Assembly (NCBI RefSeq): GCF_964355755.1
Contig: NC_092675.1
Coordinates: 30,352,912 to 30,416,911 of the forward strand
From: Antedon mediterranea
Lineage: Eukaryota > Animalia > Echinodermata
Reading direction: 5' to 3'
Length of the DNA: 64,000 nucleotides
Part shown: positions 14,001 through 26,144 of the stretch, piece after piece
How positions within the stretch are numbered: the first letter of the stretch is position 1
Layout of the letters: the number at the start of each line of letters is the position of its first letter
The notes under the pieces: generated by a model
What the model was told of the DNA's origin: nothing
The model's database searches: none
The model's input: only the letters and a program-made list of their open reading frames with translations
Made by a program: the position numbers and the translations under genes

Positions 14001-16590
14001 TCTTCAAACAGTTGCTGAAAACCCATCTCTTTCGCATAGCATATGAAATGACGTAATTTCCACCTAGTTTGAGCCTTGTGGACGTAGCACTTTAGAGAAA
14101 ATTTATTTTGGTAAGCGCTATACAAAAGACAATTATTAATTATTATTGTTATTATATGAAAATACAGATTTTAATAAAATAACATTTATATAATTACTTA
14201 AGTAATTTCAGATTAACTAAGCTTAGCACAAATTAAAGAACATAAAATTTACTAATTATGAGAGCAGTGGTCACAAATGAAAGTTGAACTTCAAGACCAA
14301 ACAATGGCAATAGAGCACAAACACACAGGATATTAAAAGCGAAATATGTAATTTATTATAATAGAAGAACAGAATTAGACATTGAACAACTGAGAACAAG
14401 AATTCAATTCTTATCTACGCACTTCACAAATATTTTAAACTTTTTTATGATTTACAATATGAAAAATGTTAATCAGCATTACGAAGCATTATATTGATTA
14501 TTAAGTCATAATTATGTCTAATATTAAGTATTAACTTGGGACATAATGTTCCTCCTTCTCAATCACAAAACAAACTTACGATCAACTCATGCAATGACTA
14601 AATTACCTTCTGTGTAAATTCATATCCCAGAGGTTTAAGGTTATTGTATTTCCTGCAAGTACCATAGGGGTAGAAATGTACCCGTCGTCTACAAAGGGTT
14701 AAGAACCCTTGTGCTAAATAAGTTTGCTTAATATTTGTATTATATGCTTAAATTTAAAGACACAACACACAGACACGCACAACACATAAGTATGTATGGA
14801 AGTCAATAATAACATACTGTACTTGATAAATATTGAATCCTGACAAACCATCATACTTTAGTACCCCCGGTGTGTATTTCGACACTTAGCATATGTCCAC
14901 ATACATTCATTTAGGGGCCTTTTATTCTATACTCCCTTTCACATTGACTCGCAACATTTCAGAGGGTGCACACACCTGGATGTCAACACCAGTGTTTGTT
15001 TGGTGTGAATTGAACAACTTTGGAGTTGAATGAACCCAACTCTTCAAACTCCGGAAACGGACACACACCAGAGAGTATACACCATTGACACTTCATTAGG
15101 TCAATTTTTACTCTAAACATGTTCATTAGGAGCTCACCCTCGGCAAAAAATTTATTTTTTAAATGGATAAAAGATATCTATATAGAAATAACATGGCCAA
15201 ATTACAAGAACTGAGAATAAGACAAAGTTGGAGAAAGAGGCTAGCACCACTGACAGGCAAAAGCCTACATAGGAGGAGGAGCTGAAATGAAATGAATGAA
15301 TTTATCATCCATAGTGACACTTTGGAAGTACGGTAACTTTTTTTTTATTGATGTTAATGAATTGAACAGAATTGATGTGAATGATGGCATCTTTCCAGCT
15401 TTTCTAATATTTAATGTGAAAGGTATTATTATTAATGTGTCTCTCAATCTCTCTCTGTTGGATATCTACTTTATTTTAACGAACTCTTATACAAATTGAA
15501 AATTAAGATGAACTACAACAAAGATCTTTAAAGAAAATTTGAAACACAAAATCTGAGGATTTTGTTTATGATTTTACCCTGTCAGATAATCCTGCGGGAC
15601 GAAGCGTACCTACTTGAGAAATAGGACATTGCAGTCAACCTGAGGGGTAACACACTTACACACCACTATCTTACAATCTAAGTTTCAATTTGTTCAAGAA
15701 TTTTACCCTTAAACAAATAACTGAACCCTTATGTGAACCAAACAAAAACATTAAAATGAAACATAATTAACAAAAAACAGATTGATTTCACTAATAAGAG
15801 CTGTGTGTCTATCATCAGTCAATCTTGTATTAACATTGTAAACATAATTGATAGGAATGGTGTAAGCTTTGTAGATTTTGTAACGATTAGGTGAAATTTA
15901 AGCTACAACTCACTGCCAAGTAATCTAGAGTTCATCGTAAATTGTTATGATGCATCACAATCATAATTTCAATTTAATTATGAATTTAAGGTTGCTACTA
16001 CTAGGTTTTGCAATGGTACCACCATTTACCCATGATGCAATGATTAATTTATGAAAAGTATGAAACTTCAGTAATATTTTAATGCAAAATAATTTTATTC
16101 TTGTTTAAATTTGAATTATAAAAACATACAATAGTAATAGTACACATACAGTACTGTATTAAGTAACAGTACAAAATTTAAATATTGCGTACATTACTAT
16201 ATAAGTCTGTTTCCACGGCAACTTGTCAATATATGTTTGTAGTTTACCTTCTCACCTAGCCATATAATTTAAAGGCAATCTAACAACAGGACACTGAGCT
16301 CACCTTGCCAAGATAGGAACTCATAACAGTCCTTTGATCTTATGTCTGGCTGCGACAAATACCAACAGTACTGTATTATGTACGTATTCCTTGCGACGTT
16401 AAGGAGTGTGGAACTGATTGTGTCGCAGCCACAGATACACCTTTTGATCTCCGGAGCTCAGCATTCCTGTTATTAGATTGCTTAATCTGAGGCCATGGTA
16501 CCTTACCTTATCACCTAGCCACTTAATCTCAGGCCATGGTTTCTTCCTCTTAATATCAATGCAGTGTTCTACTTTAAGCTCAAGCTTCAT
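5009..16590 (-). CDS. CPLANE1: Ciliogenesis and planar polarity effector 1 (JBTS17/C5orf42) ortholog, first four coding exons; gene continues beyond the left edge
   Basis: Phase-consistent GT-AG exons: 16590-16507 (MKLELKVEHCIDIKRKKPWPEIKWLGDK), 13673-13541 (CEDVFVLDGQRASTLFLKNGETRKKIPKLQPQLDNTTAIATSRN), 12062-11934 (GAFLVGLQKKGSLFLWHKDTELLRYI...), 5238-5009 (...ILFISNDACQVLLVVGYSTIYLWEMK...LQGKWTCI...VLDAVFFNDL). These are colinear with the vertebrate CPLANE1 N-terminus as I recall it (KKPWPRVSWLG, KKKIPSLQP, GELFLWNKD, IFLWE...GRW). Candidate 5'UTR exon donors lie near 22985 and 23483. Confidence 0.88.
6100..7180 (-). mobile_element. Highly decayed LINE RT relic
   Basis: Broken minus-strand frames with an LEFSKS*DL segment near 6400, similar to LDFSKAFD; many stops. 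Confidence 0.35.
7257..7378 (-). CDS. Candidate alternative terminal exon within CPLANE1 intron 3
   Basis: Polypyrimidine-CAG acceptor at 7379-7380. Only phase 1 is open, matching the phase-1 end of exon 12062-11934. Encodes VKHKKRALRRREEEEEEEELSKTTIAKGRVSPTPETIQTK*, with AATAAA directly after the TGA. Confidence 0.4.
10721..10859. mobile_element. GCTCTGTCTACACT-family MITE
   Basis: Same TIRs and internal CACTACCATATTTGGGCA. A shortened copy lies at ~9915-9962. Confidence 0.75.
12468..12638. repeat. 15-bp minisatellite (GCAGTAGGATTGACN x ~11)
   Basis: Directly visible; accounts for the PTAVN/GLTAV repeat ORFs. Confidence 0.95.
12686..13253. repeat. 59-bp minisatellite (~9.5 copies)
   Basis: Unit GACAGAATTCTGTAGCGATTAATGTTATTTTATGTAGAGTACAACGAATGAATAAAAAA; copies are near-identical. 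Confidence 0.95.
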
Positions 16591-17818
16591 ACTGCTACAT
16601 TTTCTATGGTTTATAATTGGAAAACTTTCTCATTACATTCATTATATCCTGTAAAATATAAAATTGAAAATTTAATTAGGTACATTCCCATTGTCATATT
16701 GGTGTCAATTAATCAATCAATATTTTAGAGAGTGGGGTTTGGAAAGAGGGTTGAAGACAAGTGTCTGAACTTTTGAACTTTTGGACATCAAATCAACACT
16801 GGACATTCACTTTATCATACATACGGTACTTAGAATAGCTATTTTCAATATAACCTTTATGAATAGAAACTTTACTTATTATTAAAAATGTACTACCCAA
16901 TGTACTGTTTTCAAAAATACTTTGGCGACTAATTGAAGGAAATTCTGTTTCAATGAAGGATGTGCTAGATATAGTCACAAACATTTCTTCCTGATCGAGT
17001 TACTAATGTCCTCAAATAATTCAAAAAAGTTACATACTATCAATAAAAGTGCGATCTAGCTGATATTGTCTGTTAGCTGCCAATATTATTAACTTGTAAT
17101 TACCATTTTTTTTTTATTGTACCAGTTCAATTATAGTATCAAAAGGTAAATTTGAAAATAATAATTATTTAAATTCAAAATGTATTTTTTATTTATTACA
17201 CTGAAATATTTAAGACAGCCAAAAAAGTTTACAAAGACTAAGACGAAAAAAAACTTAAAATTACAGAAAAAATAACAAAACAGTAGGAAGTATTAAAATA
17301 TGAAGACATGACTATTTTTTGGTTATTTTTTTTACAAGAAAAATTAGTCAGAGTTCTGCTTCTTAAGGAAATTATTATTCTATAAACTAGAAACATTGTA
17401 GGGAAATACCCAAGTTAAACAGTATTACATGTTTAAAAACAACAACTACTATACCAAACATCTGTATCAGAAAGCATCACAAAACAGAATCAATGTGAAT
17501 AAATTACAGCAATAAATCCAATCTTAGGCTAAAATATGATGTCATTTCAATAATGTAATGTGGTATGTGCTGTTTCAATGAAGACTCAACATTTTGCAAT
17601 TTTTTTTGTTATATAATTTTTAATAATATACAGTAGTAGTTATTTTAATTTTACCTTTAAAAAACAATGAACTGTTTTTAAATGTAATACGGTAATTGCA
17701 AAATTTAAACAATGTGGGCTTTTTTTCAAATGAATGCTTTCTACGCTTTCAGATTTTGTACTAAGCATATTAGGTATACAGATTTCATTTCAAATAATCA
17801 ATAAATCCTGTGTTTAAA

Positions 17819-17961
17819 GCTCTATCTACACTATCAAACTTTATGTGACAAACAAATGTGATATATGGATATGATGGCGTCATATCACTACCATATTTAA
17901 GCATACACTCCAATATTTGGGCACATCAAACTTTTTTTGTCAAACTAGTTTTAGACAGAGC
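17819..17961. mobile_element. GCTCTGTCTACACT-family MITE
   Basis: Same TIRs and internal sequence. Confidence 0.75.
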
Positions 17962-18438
17962 TTTAGAAAACAGAGGGGATGGGGTAATTAGTTCTTACCT
18001 TATACTACTCTACCCTTTTGTAAAATGTTCGATATGTGTACTGTGATGTTGCACAAAAGGACTACTTGGGTACTAACAGCTTTCACCTATCATCTTATAT
18101 TGAATCATGCTTGACAGTGAAAAACGTAATCAGAGTGTTCCGATTAGTAGAGATACTTAGAGATAAATGCTTACATTGTATGGATACATACCTTAATTGA
18201 GTACACATTGTTACATGACAGGAGAAATGCCTATAAGTACACTGATTCAAACAAAACATCACGTTTTATAATGAGAGCGTAATTTTAATGAAAGAACTGA
18301 AAGTACCTGTAGGACCTACAATTGCTTACATTACAAGCTCAAAAATGAGAGGGTTACACATTTTACCCTTTACTACTAGTAATAAAATATGTATACGAAT
18401 AAAACCAATGGTATACAGTTAAAAACTACTTTCTACAC

Positions 18439-18564
18439 TAACTGGAAAATTATTACTTTTTTGTTGAAACAAAAAAATACATACACACATACACAATTGG
18501 TATAAACACCTTTTTGATGTATGTATTTTTTTGGTTCAACTAAGAAGTAATAATTTTCCAGTTA
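18439..18564. repeat. Imperfect ~45-bp-arm palindrome
   Basis: TAACTGGAAAATTATTACTT...TACATAC and GTATGTA...AAGTAATAATTTTCCAGTTA. Confidence 0.8.
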
Positions 18565-19414
18565 ATTATATTCGGAACCAAATGATTTTATTCTTTAATA
18601 ATATTTTCTATGTTTGTTCGGCAACAACTAGCATTTAATTGTATACTAAACACTTTTTTTTTTTCTGTAATTAAGTATGGATGGATTTCTTGAAGGGTTT
18701 AAACCTCTTTAAAGATGATTGAAATTAAAAAAAAAAAACAATATCCTGCAGGCATGGTCGATTTTGACCCCAAAACAAAGTCTCAAGAGGTTATGAATTT
18801 TAAAACATAGCTGTTTAACGTTTTTTAATCTAATTTAATTAATATTTTGTTGTAATAACAAGAATCGAGGAAGTTCCGGAACCTTTGAAAATCTAATTAC
18901 CGTAGATTACAAATACATGGCTCCAGATTTGAATCTAAAATTACTGCTAATATTTAAAAAATTGAGTTTTCATTCCTACAGCAACTTGAAGTATCATCAC
19001 AATAATGACACTGAAATACTGAGGCCTACCTTAATATTGTATAATTATGGACAATTTTGTAATGTAAATATTGTTTTATTATTAAATGTCAGAACAACAC
19101 GGCGCAGTATTCAGCCAATTACACCAAAATAAATACTAAGTATGGTTGGCTAAACAACAGAGCCTCGGGTTATTGTTGTATCTATTCTTATCTAGATTTT
19201 CAATAGAAAATATGCTCAACATTAATAGATAAAATTACCTTGTTAGAGTTTGGTTGTGAATTTAGTATTTAATAGGATATGGATATAGTTTTCAACCTAA
19301 ACTGTTATTATTAAAATATGGATGTAATAATATCACATACAATATGAAAACTCAATAACTTTAGACCAATTTACACTATTCTACAGCCTACTGTACCCCC
19401 ATACATCCAACTGG

Positions 19415-19573
19415 TAATTACTGTGTGGACAGACACTATGTCGATACAGTGCTCTGGCTAGTTAACAATTGATAATTACTGTGTGGACAGACACTATGTC
19501 GATACAGTGCTCTGGCTAGTTAACAATTGATAATTCATATATGTGTGGACAGACACTATGTCGATTCAGTGCC
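19415..19573. repeat. ~58-bp tandem repeat (2.6 copies)
   Basis: TGTGTGGACAGACACTATGTCGATACAGTGCTCTGGCTAGTTAACAATTGATAATT repeated. Confidence 0.9.
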
Positions 19574-22080
19574 CTACCCAGGAAGCAGTTAAACAGACAA
19601 GCCTTCCTGCCACTCAATTAACTTTAGCTTAATAATAAAGATATTTTTTTTTTTGTATTGTATATATTCAATTTTCAATGTATTTTTATACATTTTTAAA
19701 CGTATTTTACTATAATCTATATGAGATGACTGTATTTTTTTTAAATTTGAACTTACACTTTCTGCTTTTTATTGCAGTTTTATACCATTTATTTATTTTA
19801 ACTCCATTTTTATGTGTATTGTTCTTCAAATTGAACTGAGTCATAAAAAAATGAGAATAAATTGTGTATTTTGAAGTGTTCCAACTAGAAGCTTGTTGGT
19901 GCATCATGTAGAAATATTTACAAGAAAAAATTGTTCAAACACAAAATATAGTGATACACTGATAACTGATACATAACACTGTTTTCTTTAAATATTTGAT
20001 TTTTACGTATTACAAATTTGAATAACACTTTACTTCTAATTATGTGATTAGGTTTTAAAATATTGTCGCCTCCCCTTTAACATTTTTTTGTTGAAGAATA
20101 TGTTAATTTAATGTCACATTATTCACTTTGACAACAAGATGGATTTAGAAATTATTATTATTATTTATTTACCTGAGAAAACTACAGTATCTGGAACTGG
20201 ACATCACTGTTTTCTGGTTAAATTTAAGTTCTGTTTATTAAATCATTAGTTTTGTAATATTTGTTAGTAAAAATATTGAATGGCCTAAAGTTTGATTTTA
20301 ATTTTTATTCATTTTTATTTGTTTATGTTTTGGGGAACAATTTTATCATTTTATATTATTTGGTGTTAATATAAAAGTGTAAATTACCAATATTAAAATG
20401 GAAAAAATGTTAAATTTAAAAAAATATATAAACGATGTTGCTAATTGCTAATTTTTCTGGCTGTTTTACTTTTATCATTTTGATTTAGCTTTTTGCTTAT
20501 TTTATTTTGTATCCATTGAGATCCAGCCACTGATACCCACAGCATTGTCATTTTTTAAGTAATTTGGATTTATATTATATAACGATATTGCAAATATTAC
20601 ATAAAAGAATTTGTTAAATAAAAAAAAAATACTTACTTGAAGAAAAGAATCCAAATGTATGATTAAATATCCCAGAATGCTTAGTATCCTAATATATTAA
20701 AATGATATATTGAGCGTGACTGATTATCACAAAGACCGACTTCACCACTGTACCCAAAACTCAATCTAACCGTTTTAACCACATTTCCTCCTATGGATTC
20801 ACAAATACGTAAATACTGCCTAAATATTGCTGCTGCACATGTTAAACTCTTTCAACCAATGATAAGACACCTCAATTTCAAACAGTAAAGATGACTCACA
20901 TGAGCCTGACGACGATATTCACTTGCAACAATTTTACAGATTTAAACCAATCATTTTCAGCAACTATTAAACAATGAAACTTGTATGTAAATGTTCTATT
21001 TTAAAAGCTTATTATTTACTTGCGGTTTCTGATCATCAATCTCATAATTACATCTCCTTCCTGTTGACCTTCAGTCTCAACTGAAGTACTTATTATCATG
21101 TCAATTATATAATATTAATTAACAATTATCAATTTACTAAAATAATATTTAATTGCTACTAATATTCCAACTTTTATTAGCTAGTTTGATTTTATAGTGT
21201 TTTTGCTTCTAATATTTTTTTTCCAATATTATTTTACTGGGTCTTTTTATTTGTCTTAAAAATGTATTGTCCCTTGAAACACAAAAAATGAAAAATAAAA
21301 TATTCTAAATTTAAATTAGCCATATCAAAGTAATATTATAGTTATTCACTTTAAGTCGAAAATTCGAGGCAAAAACAACAAGTTTACGTAATTAACAGGT
21401 AAATTATTTTGATTACATTTAGTCTGGAAAATCTTCACGATCGAAAGTAAACAAAGATTTCAAACCACAAGTATGCATTATGCATGATGCTAATTAGGAT
21501 ATTTTCTTGTATTTGTTTTCCAATATTATTTTACTGGGTCTTTTTATTTGTATTAATTTAAGCAACAAACTGTTGCATCAGATCAAGAGATATTAGATAG
21601 AATATGATTGAATCTGAACACACCTATGAAATGTTTTTCACGATTAAAAAAAAAATGTATATTGAACTCAGCCCTGAGCCTGATATATTGTTGTTTACAA
21701 TTTGTAAAATTTATATAGGGATATTTTTAATCAGAGAACATAAAAAAAAATTAAATAATAATTTTACTAATTTTAAAATAACAATTTTACTAGATGTTTC
21801 TTCTAAATCATGATTTACTTAATCAAACTTTTTCATTAATTGGTAGACTTCCTGTAAACAAGTTTACTCTTGACCTTTTGAGTCTGGTTGTTATGGTAAC
21901 TATAAGTCAAGAATAGACGTAAGCTTTCGAGGCAAAAACTTACCTGCTATGCTGTCTACTTGGACTCCAGAGGGCTCTCTTTAATGATAACTAATGAATA
22001 ATGAAACTAATCACAATTTAAAAAGTCAAATTGTAAGATAATATATTTATATCATCCTCTATGAAATTGGTTAAATAGAC

Positions 22081-22570
22081 ATGTGACATCGTATCATGTT
22101 CTAAGGCATGGTGTGACATCGAATCGTGTCCTAAAGGCATGTGACATCGTATTGTGTTCTAAGGCATGGTGTGACATCGTATCGTGTCCTAAGGCATGTG
22201 ACATCGTATTGTGTTCTAAGGCATGGTGTGACATCGTATCATGTCCTAAGGCATGTGACATCGTATTGTGTTCTAAGGCATGGTGTGACATCGTATCATG
22301 TCCTAAGGCATGTGACATCATATTGTGTTCTAAGGCATGGTGTGACATCGTATCATGTCCTAAGGCATGTGACATCGTATTGTGTTCTAAGGCATGGTGT
22401 GACATCGTATCATGTCCTAAGGCATGTGACATCGTATTGTGTTCTAAGGCATGGTGTGACATCGTATCACGTTCTAAGGCATGGTGTGACATCGTATCGT
22501 GTCCTAAGGCATGTGACATCGTATCACGTTCTAAGGCATGTGGCATCGTATTGTGTTCTAAGGCATGTGA
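22081..22570. repeat. Minisatellite of alternating 27- and 30-bp units (57-bp higher-order repeat)
   Basis: GTGACATCGTATCATGTCCTAAGGCAT alternating with GTGACATCGTATTGTGTTCTAAGGCATGGT. Confidence 0.95.
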
Positions 22571-23757
22571 ATCCCTGTAATACATTCTATTGTATAATTT
22601 GAGTAATACGTATCAGGTTTTTTTTTATATATGAGAAAAGATGCAGAATAGATTGTGAATACATGTGATCCAATTAAATAGGATGTTTAATTAAACTTTG
22701 AAAAGCTAAATTAATTGTACAAATAATTGTACAGTATCCTGTTCTGTATTTTTGTTTCTATAGATTATTGCCTCGTTTAAATTCTACCAATAAACATAAT
22801 ATATTTATCATTTTTTATGTAATCTGTTGAATTAAAAATAAAAAAACAACATCAAAACATTTATCAGAAAAAATAATTACCTTTCTCACTCTAATTCTCC
22901 AATTACAAAGGAAAATGGCATCATCAGTATGTTGACAAAATGACATAGGCCTATAGTATTGTAAAGAGAAGAGTAAAAATCTCACCTAGATATTTATTTG
23001 CATCTGAATAATGTTGTTATTGTGCAGCAGAAGCAGACGACTGTACAAGGAAGTCAATAATAACACCACAAACTGGGTATCTTATTAATATTAAAATAAA
23101 AAAGAATTTGAGATTTATCATTACATATATAAATACAGTACTCTAGGCCTCTAGCTAGGCCTAGCTAGGCTAGAGTACTACTACTAGTACTAGGCTTATA
23201 TAGCATATAATACATTATTGATGTTGATTTAATTTATTTGTTTACTTCATATCATCTTAATGGTTAAATTAAGAATGAGACTAGGATACATTACTTTTAC
23301 AGAAGTTTACCCTAGGCCTAGGCCGTGATACTTCGACATGCCTGTCTACTTGTTGTTAGCGCCCTTGTTGTTGGTGGTGTGAGAGAGTGGGATCTGGTGC
23401 CATATGCTAGCTTGTGATGCCTGCCTAGTGATTCTAAATATAAATTATTTAAAGATTAGGCTACTAAATATTATAAATGTTACCTAATAGTGCAATCGAT
23501 AACCAACACAATTTCTAAAACAATAGTAGTAGCACATTTATAGACAAAAACGATCACACTTTTTGTCTTCGCTCTCTGTGTTTACGTTTACATCAAAAGA
23601 ATTCAACTAGAGGAATTGTTTGCCGCCGAGTCGCTCGAGTTATTTCAACGTAGAACGCCCTCTCTACATTAATGATTCAGGAAACTTTTTTTTTCCAGAT
23701 ATGATGGAAACGTATTTTTTTTTTGCCCTCTCACATTATTTGAACTAAATGGCAAAA

Positions 23758-23830
23758 CATGACTAGGTGGATTTGAACCATTACCTTTCGGTTAATAGGA
23801 GAACGCTCTAACTAATTGTGCTACAGAGAC
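23758..23830 (-). pseudogene. tRNA-Asn-derived pseudogene
   Basis: Minus strand GTCTCTGTAGCACAATTAGTTAGAGCGTTCTCCTATTAACCGAAAGGTAATGGTTCAAATCCACCTAGTCATG is colinear with eukaryotic tRNA-Asn(GTT). The anticodon is mutated to ATT and the acceptor and anticodon stems are mispaired. Confidence 0.75.
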
Positions 23831-23914
23831 AATCTTTTTAATTATGATATTTGTTTGGAATTCAATAGTGATTACGAAGTTTTAAAAATGAAACACAAAA
23901 TCTGTATCGTAGTT

Positions 23915-23968
23915 TATCTGGTGGGCTTAAACCTCTTTAGGTTTTAACAGCCAAACGCGCTTAACCGA
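23915..23968 (-). pseudogene. Second, partial tRNA-Asn(GTT) pseudogene
   Basis: Minus strand TCGGTTAAGCGCGTTTGGCTGTTAAAACCTAAAGAGGTTTAAGCCCACCAG. Confidence 0.65.
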
Positions 23969-26144
23969 AAATACATTCTTATATCAATCATTTAAAACAA
24001 TATACAGCATAATAATTAAGTAAGTGAAATATCATTTTATTTGGTTGGTTACTTATAGTTTTCCCAACAAAAAACAAAAGGAAGCATTTATTAAATTGGA
24101 GGATGGTCAAATAGAATGTTCTTGTCGAGTTTACAAATGTCTCTGCTGGGTGCGTTTGTGAAATACCAATCTTGCGTTTGAACAATTTAGGAATGAATAT
24201 CATTATTTTAATACTTATATTAATTTATGAATACATTTGTTAACTGTAAATGGACTGAGTGCAGTGTTTTATTTAGGCTACGCTCTATGTCCGCCATTTT
24301 GTCTGAACATTAAACCATCAATCTGATTATTTCAAGTCATGTTAGCGCCCTCCCGTTTGTGTCAGTCTGTATGACTGTTTCCATGTATTATCATTAATAA
24401 ATGCTAGACCTTACAGTATTGCATGGCGACTGAGGAAATAAATGAGAGACAGTGAACCTATACGACGTTGTTTGGATATTAATAATAATAATACTGATGA
24501 TGTTCGCTTTGGTAATTGTAGGTAAGTAGATGATACTTATTTCGTAAATCTTACATACCATTTCATCAAGAAGGAATCGTGATCATTCGACGTGTTTATA
24601 ATGAATAATAGTATTATCATTCAAAGTATACTATTGTAAGAATACACGGGCAAGGACATAACAAAATTACATTAAGGAAAATGAAATGCGTTACCGTGAG
24701 GAGTGCTGGTGATACTATGTTGTCTGAAACTACTGGAAAGAAAGTGAGAACATTACGATACCTAAACATTTGAAAAGAAAGATATTCATGATTAAAGGGT
24801 TAGTTAGATCATATTTCTTTGATGTGCGATGCTATTAATCCTTTCATGATTAATATCTCGACGAAAGATAAGAAGGATACATGTAATGTCATCAGACAGT
24901 CCTGCTGTACCATTCACAGAGTTTGTTATTATGTCGATAGGCCTATTTGTGTTATAAATAATAGACAATAAACTAATATCTATTTTATTTGTTAAATAAG
25001 AAAAAGATTTCAATTTCATTTCAAAATTTGCATATGAAAACTTCCTCTGTAACCTCTCAAATTCCGAGAATCTGTTGATCTTTAAATGGTACAAAATAGT
25101 TGCTACCTGCAGTATGTAAGGTAGCTTATAAAATCACATGTATCATTATGTGTTAATGATAAAATAAATGGACACAATTAATTTTGTTTTCTATTTATTT
25201 AAGGGCCGATTTATTTTCAAAACGAGGACTGACCTAACATAATAGTTGTTTAAATACGTATTTTTAATTTATTTATGAATGGTATTTATGAAACGGATCA
25301 GATATTTGTCTTTTAACTTCTTGTCCTTTTTCTACATTTTCTATAAATAATTTAGGCCTAATAGATTATAAAGATGGAAGCCTTACCCTTAGACATGTGT
25401 TTTTGAGTGTGAGCAAGTAAGTAATAACTTTTATTTAAACGAAATATTAACGAGACATTGATAATGGATGACAAGATGTTCAAACATTATTCGTACGCAG
25501 TAGCTATAGTCTAAACATCTCTACCATCCAGCAGCACTTTTAACATGTTGAATTATGTGATAATTTTTCTCTGTGTTCACATCAATTATTTTACTTGCAC
25601 GCAAAATTACTTTCCGCCAAAGGGAACTACGTTTTGCCGTCAGACTTTGAGTGATGATACAGATATTAATTTCATCTCTTACAAAGTATCAATAACATCA
25701 TCTGTAATTGCGTTCATCAGAATAATCATTTTTTTCATAACTTGTCAATAAAGTGTCACTGAAAATCGTGTGATATAAAATATTGTTTCCTAAGATAATA
25801 TGCAACCAAACTGCAGGTATAAGGCTGAGGATTCTTTCAATAAACAAACACATTATTATTTAAAGCCTATACCGAATTACAGAAAAAAATATTCAATCCA
25901 AATTATTGCGGATTTTACAATAAAAACAATAACACATACATCACACATTTTAGACCCGGGGGACTCCTAAAGCGAAGTCAATCGTTTTGGATGGGACATC
26001 CCTATCACTAATAATGAGGAGGATGTAGACGTGTACTGTTCTGTACTGGACGTAAGGAAATGTCAGAGAAAGCAAGCTTACTGTACGTTGAATATATGTA
26101 AATTACTAAATATTTTTGTTTAATTTCAGGGATAATTGTCGAGA

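Larger units (their letters stand above)
23480..24520. promoter_or_regulatory. Probable bidirectional promoter region between CPLANE1 and the sialyltransferase
   Basis: The genes are divergent and CpG content rises locally. YY1-type CCGCCATTTTG at ~24291; TAGCGCCCTC at ~24342; candidate first-exon donor AG|GTAAGT at 24522. Confidence 0.5.

Noticed and set aside
22083-22602. 165-aa Cys-rich metallothionein-like ORF
   Set aside because: Three overlapping frames are open only because of the repeat; listed as a repeat.
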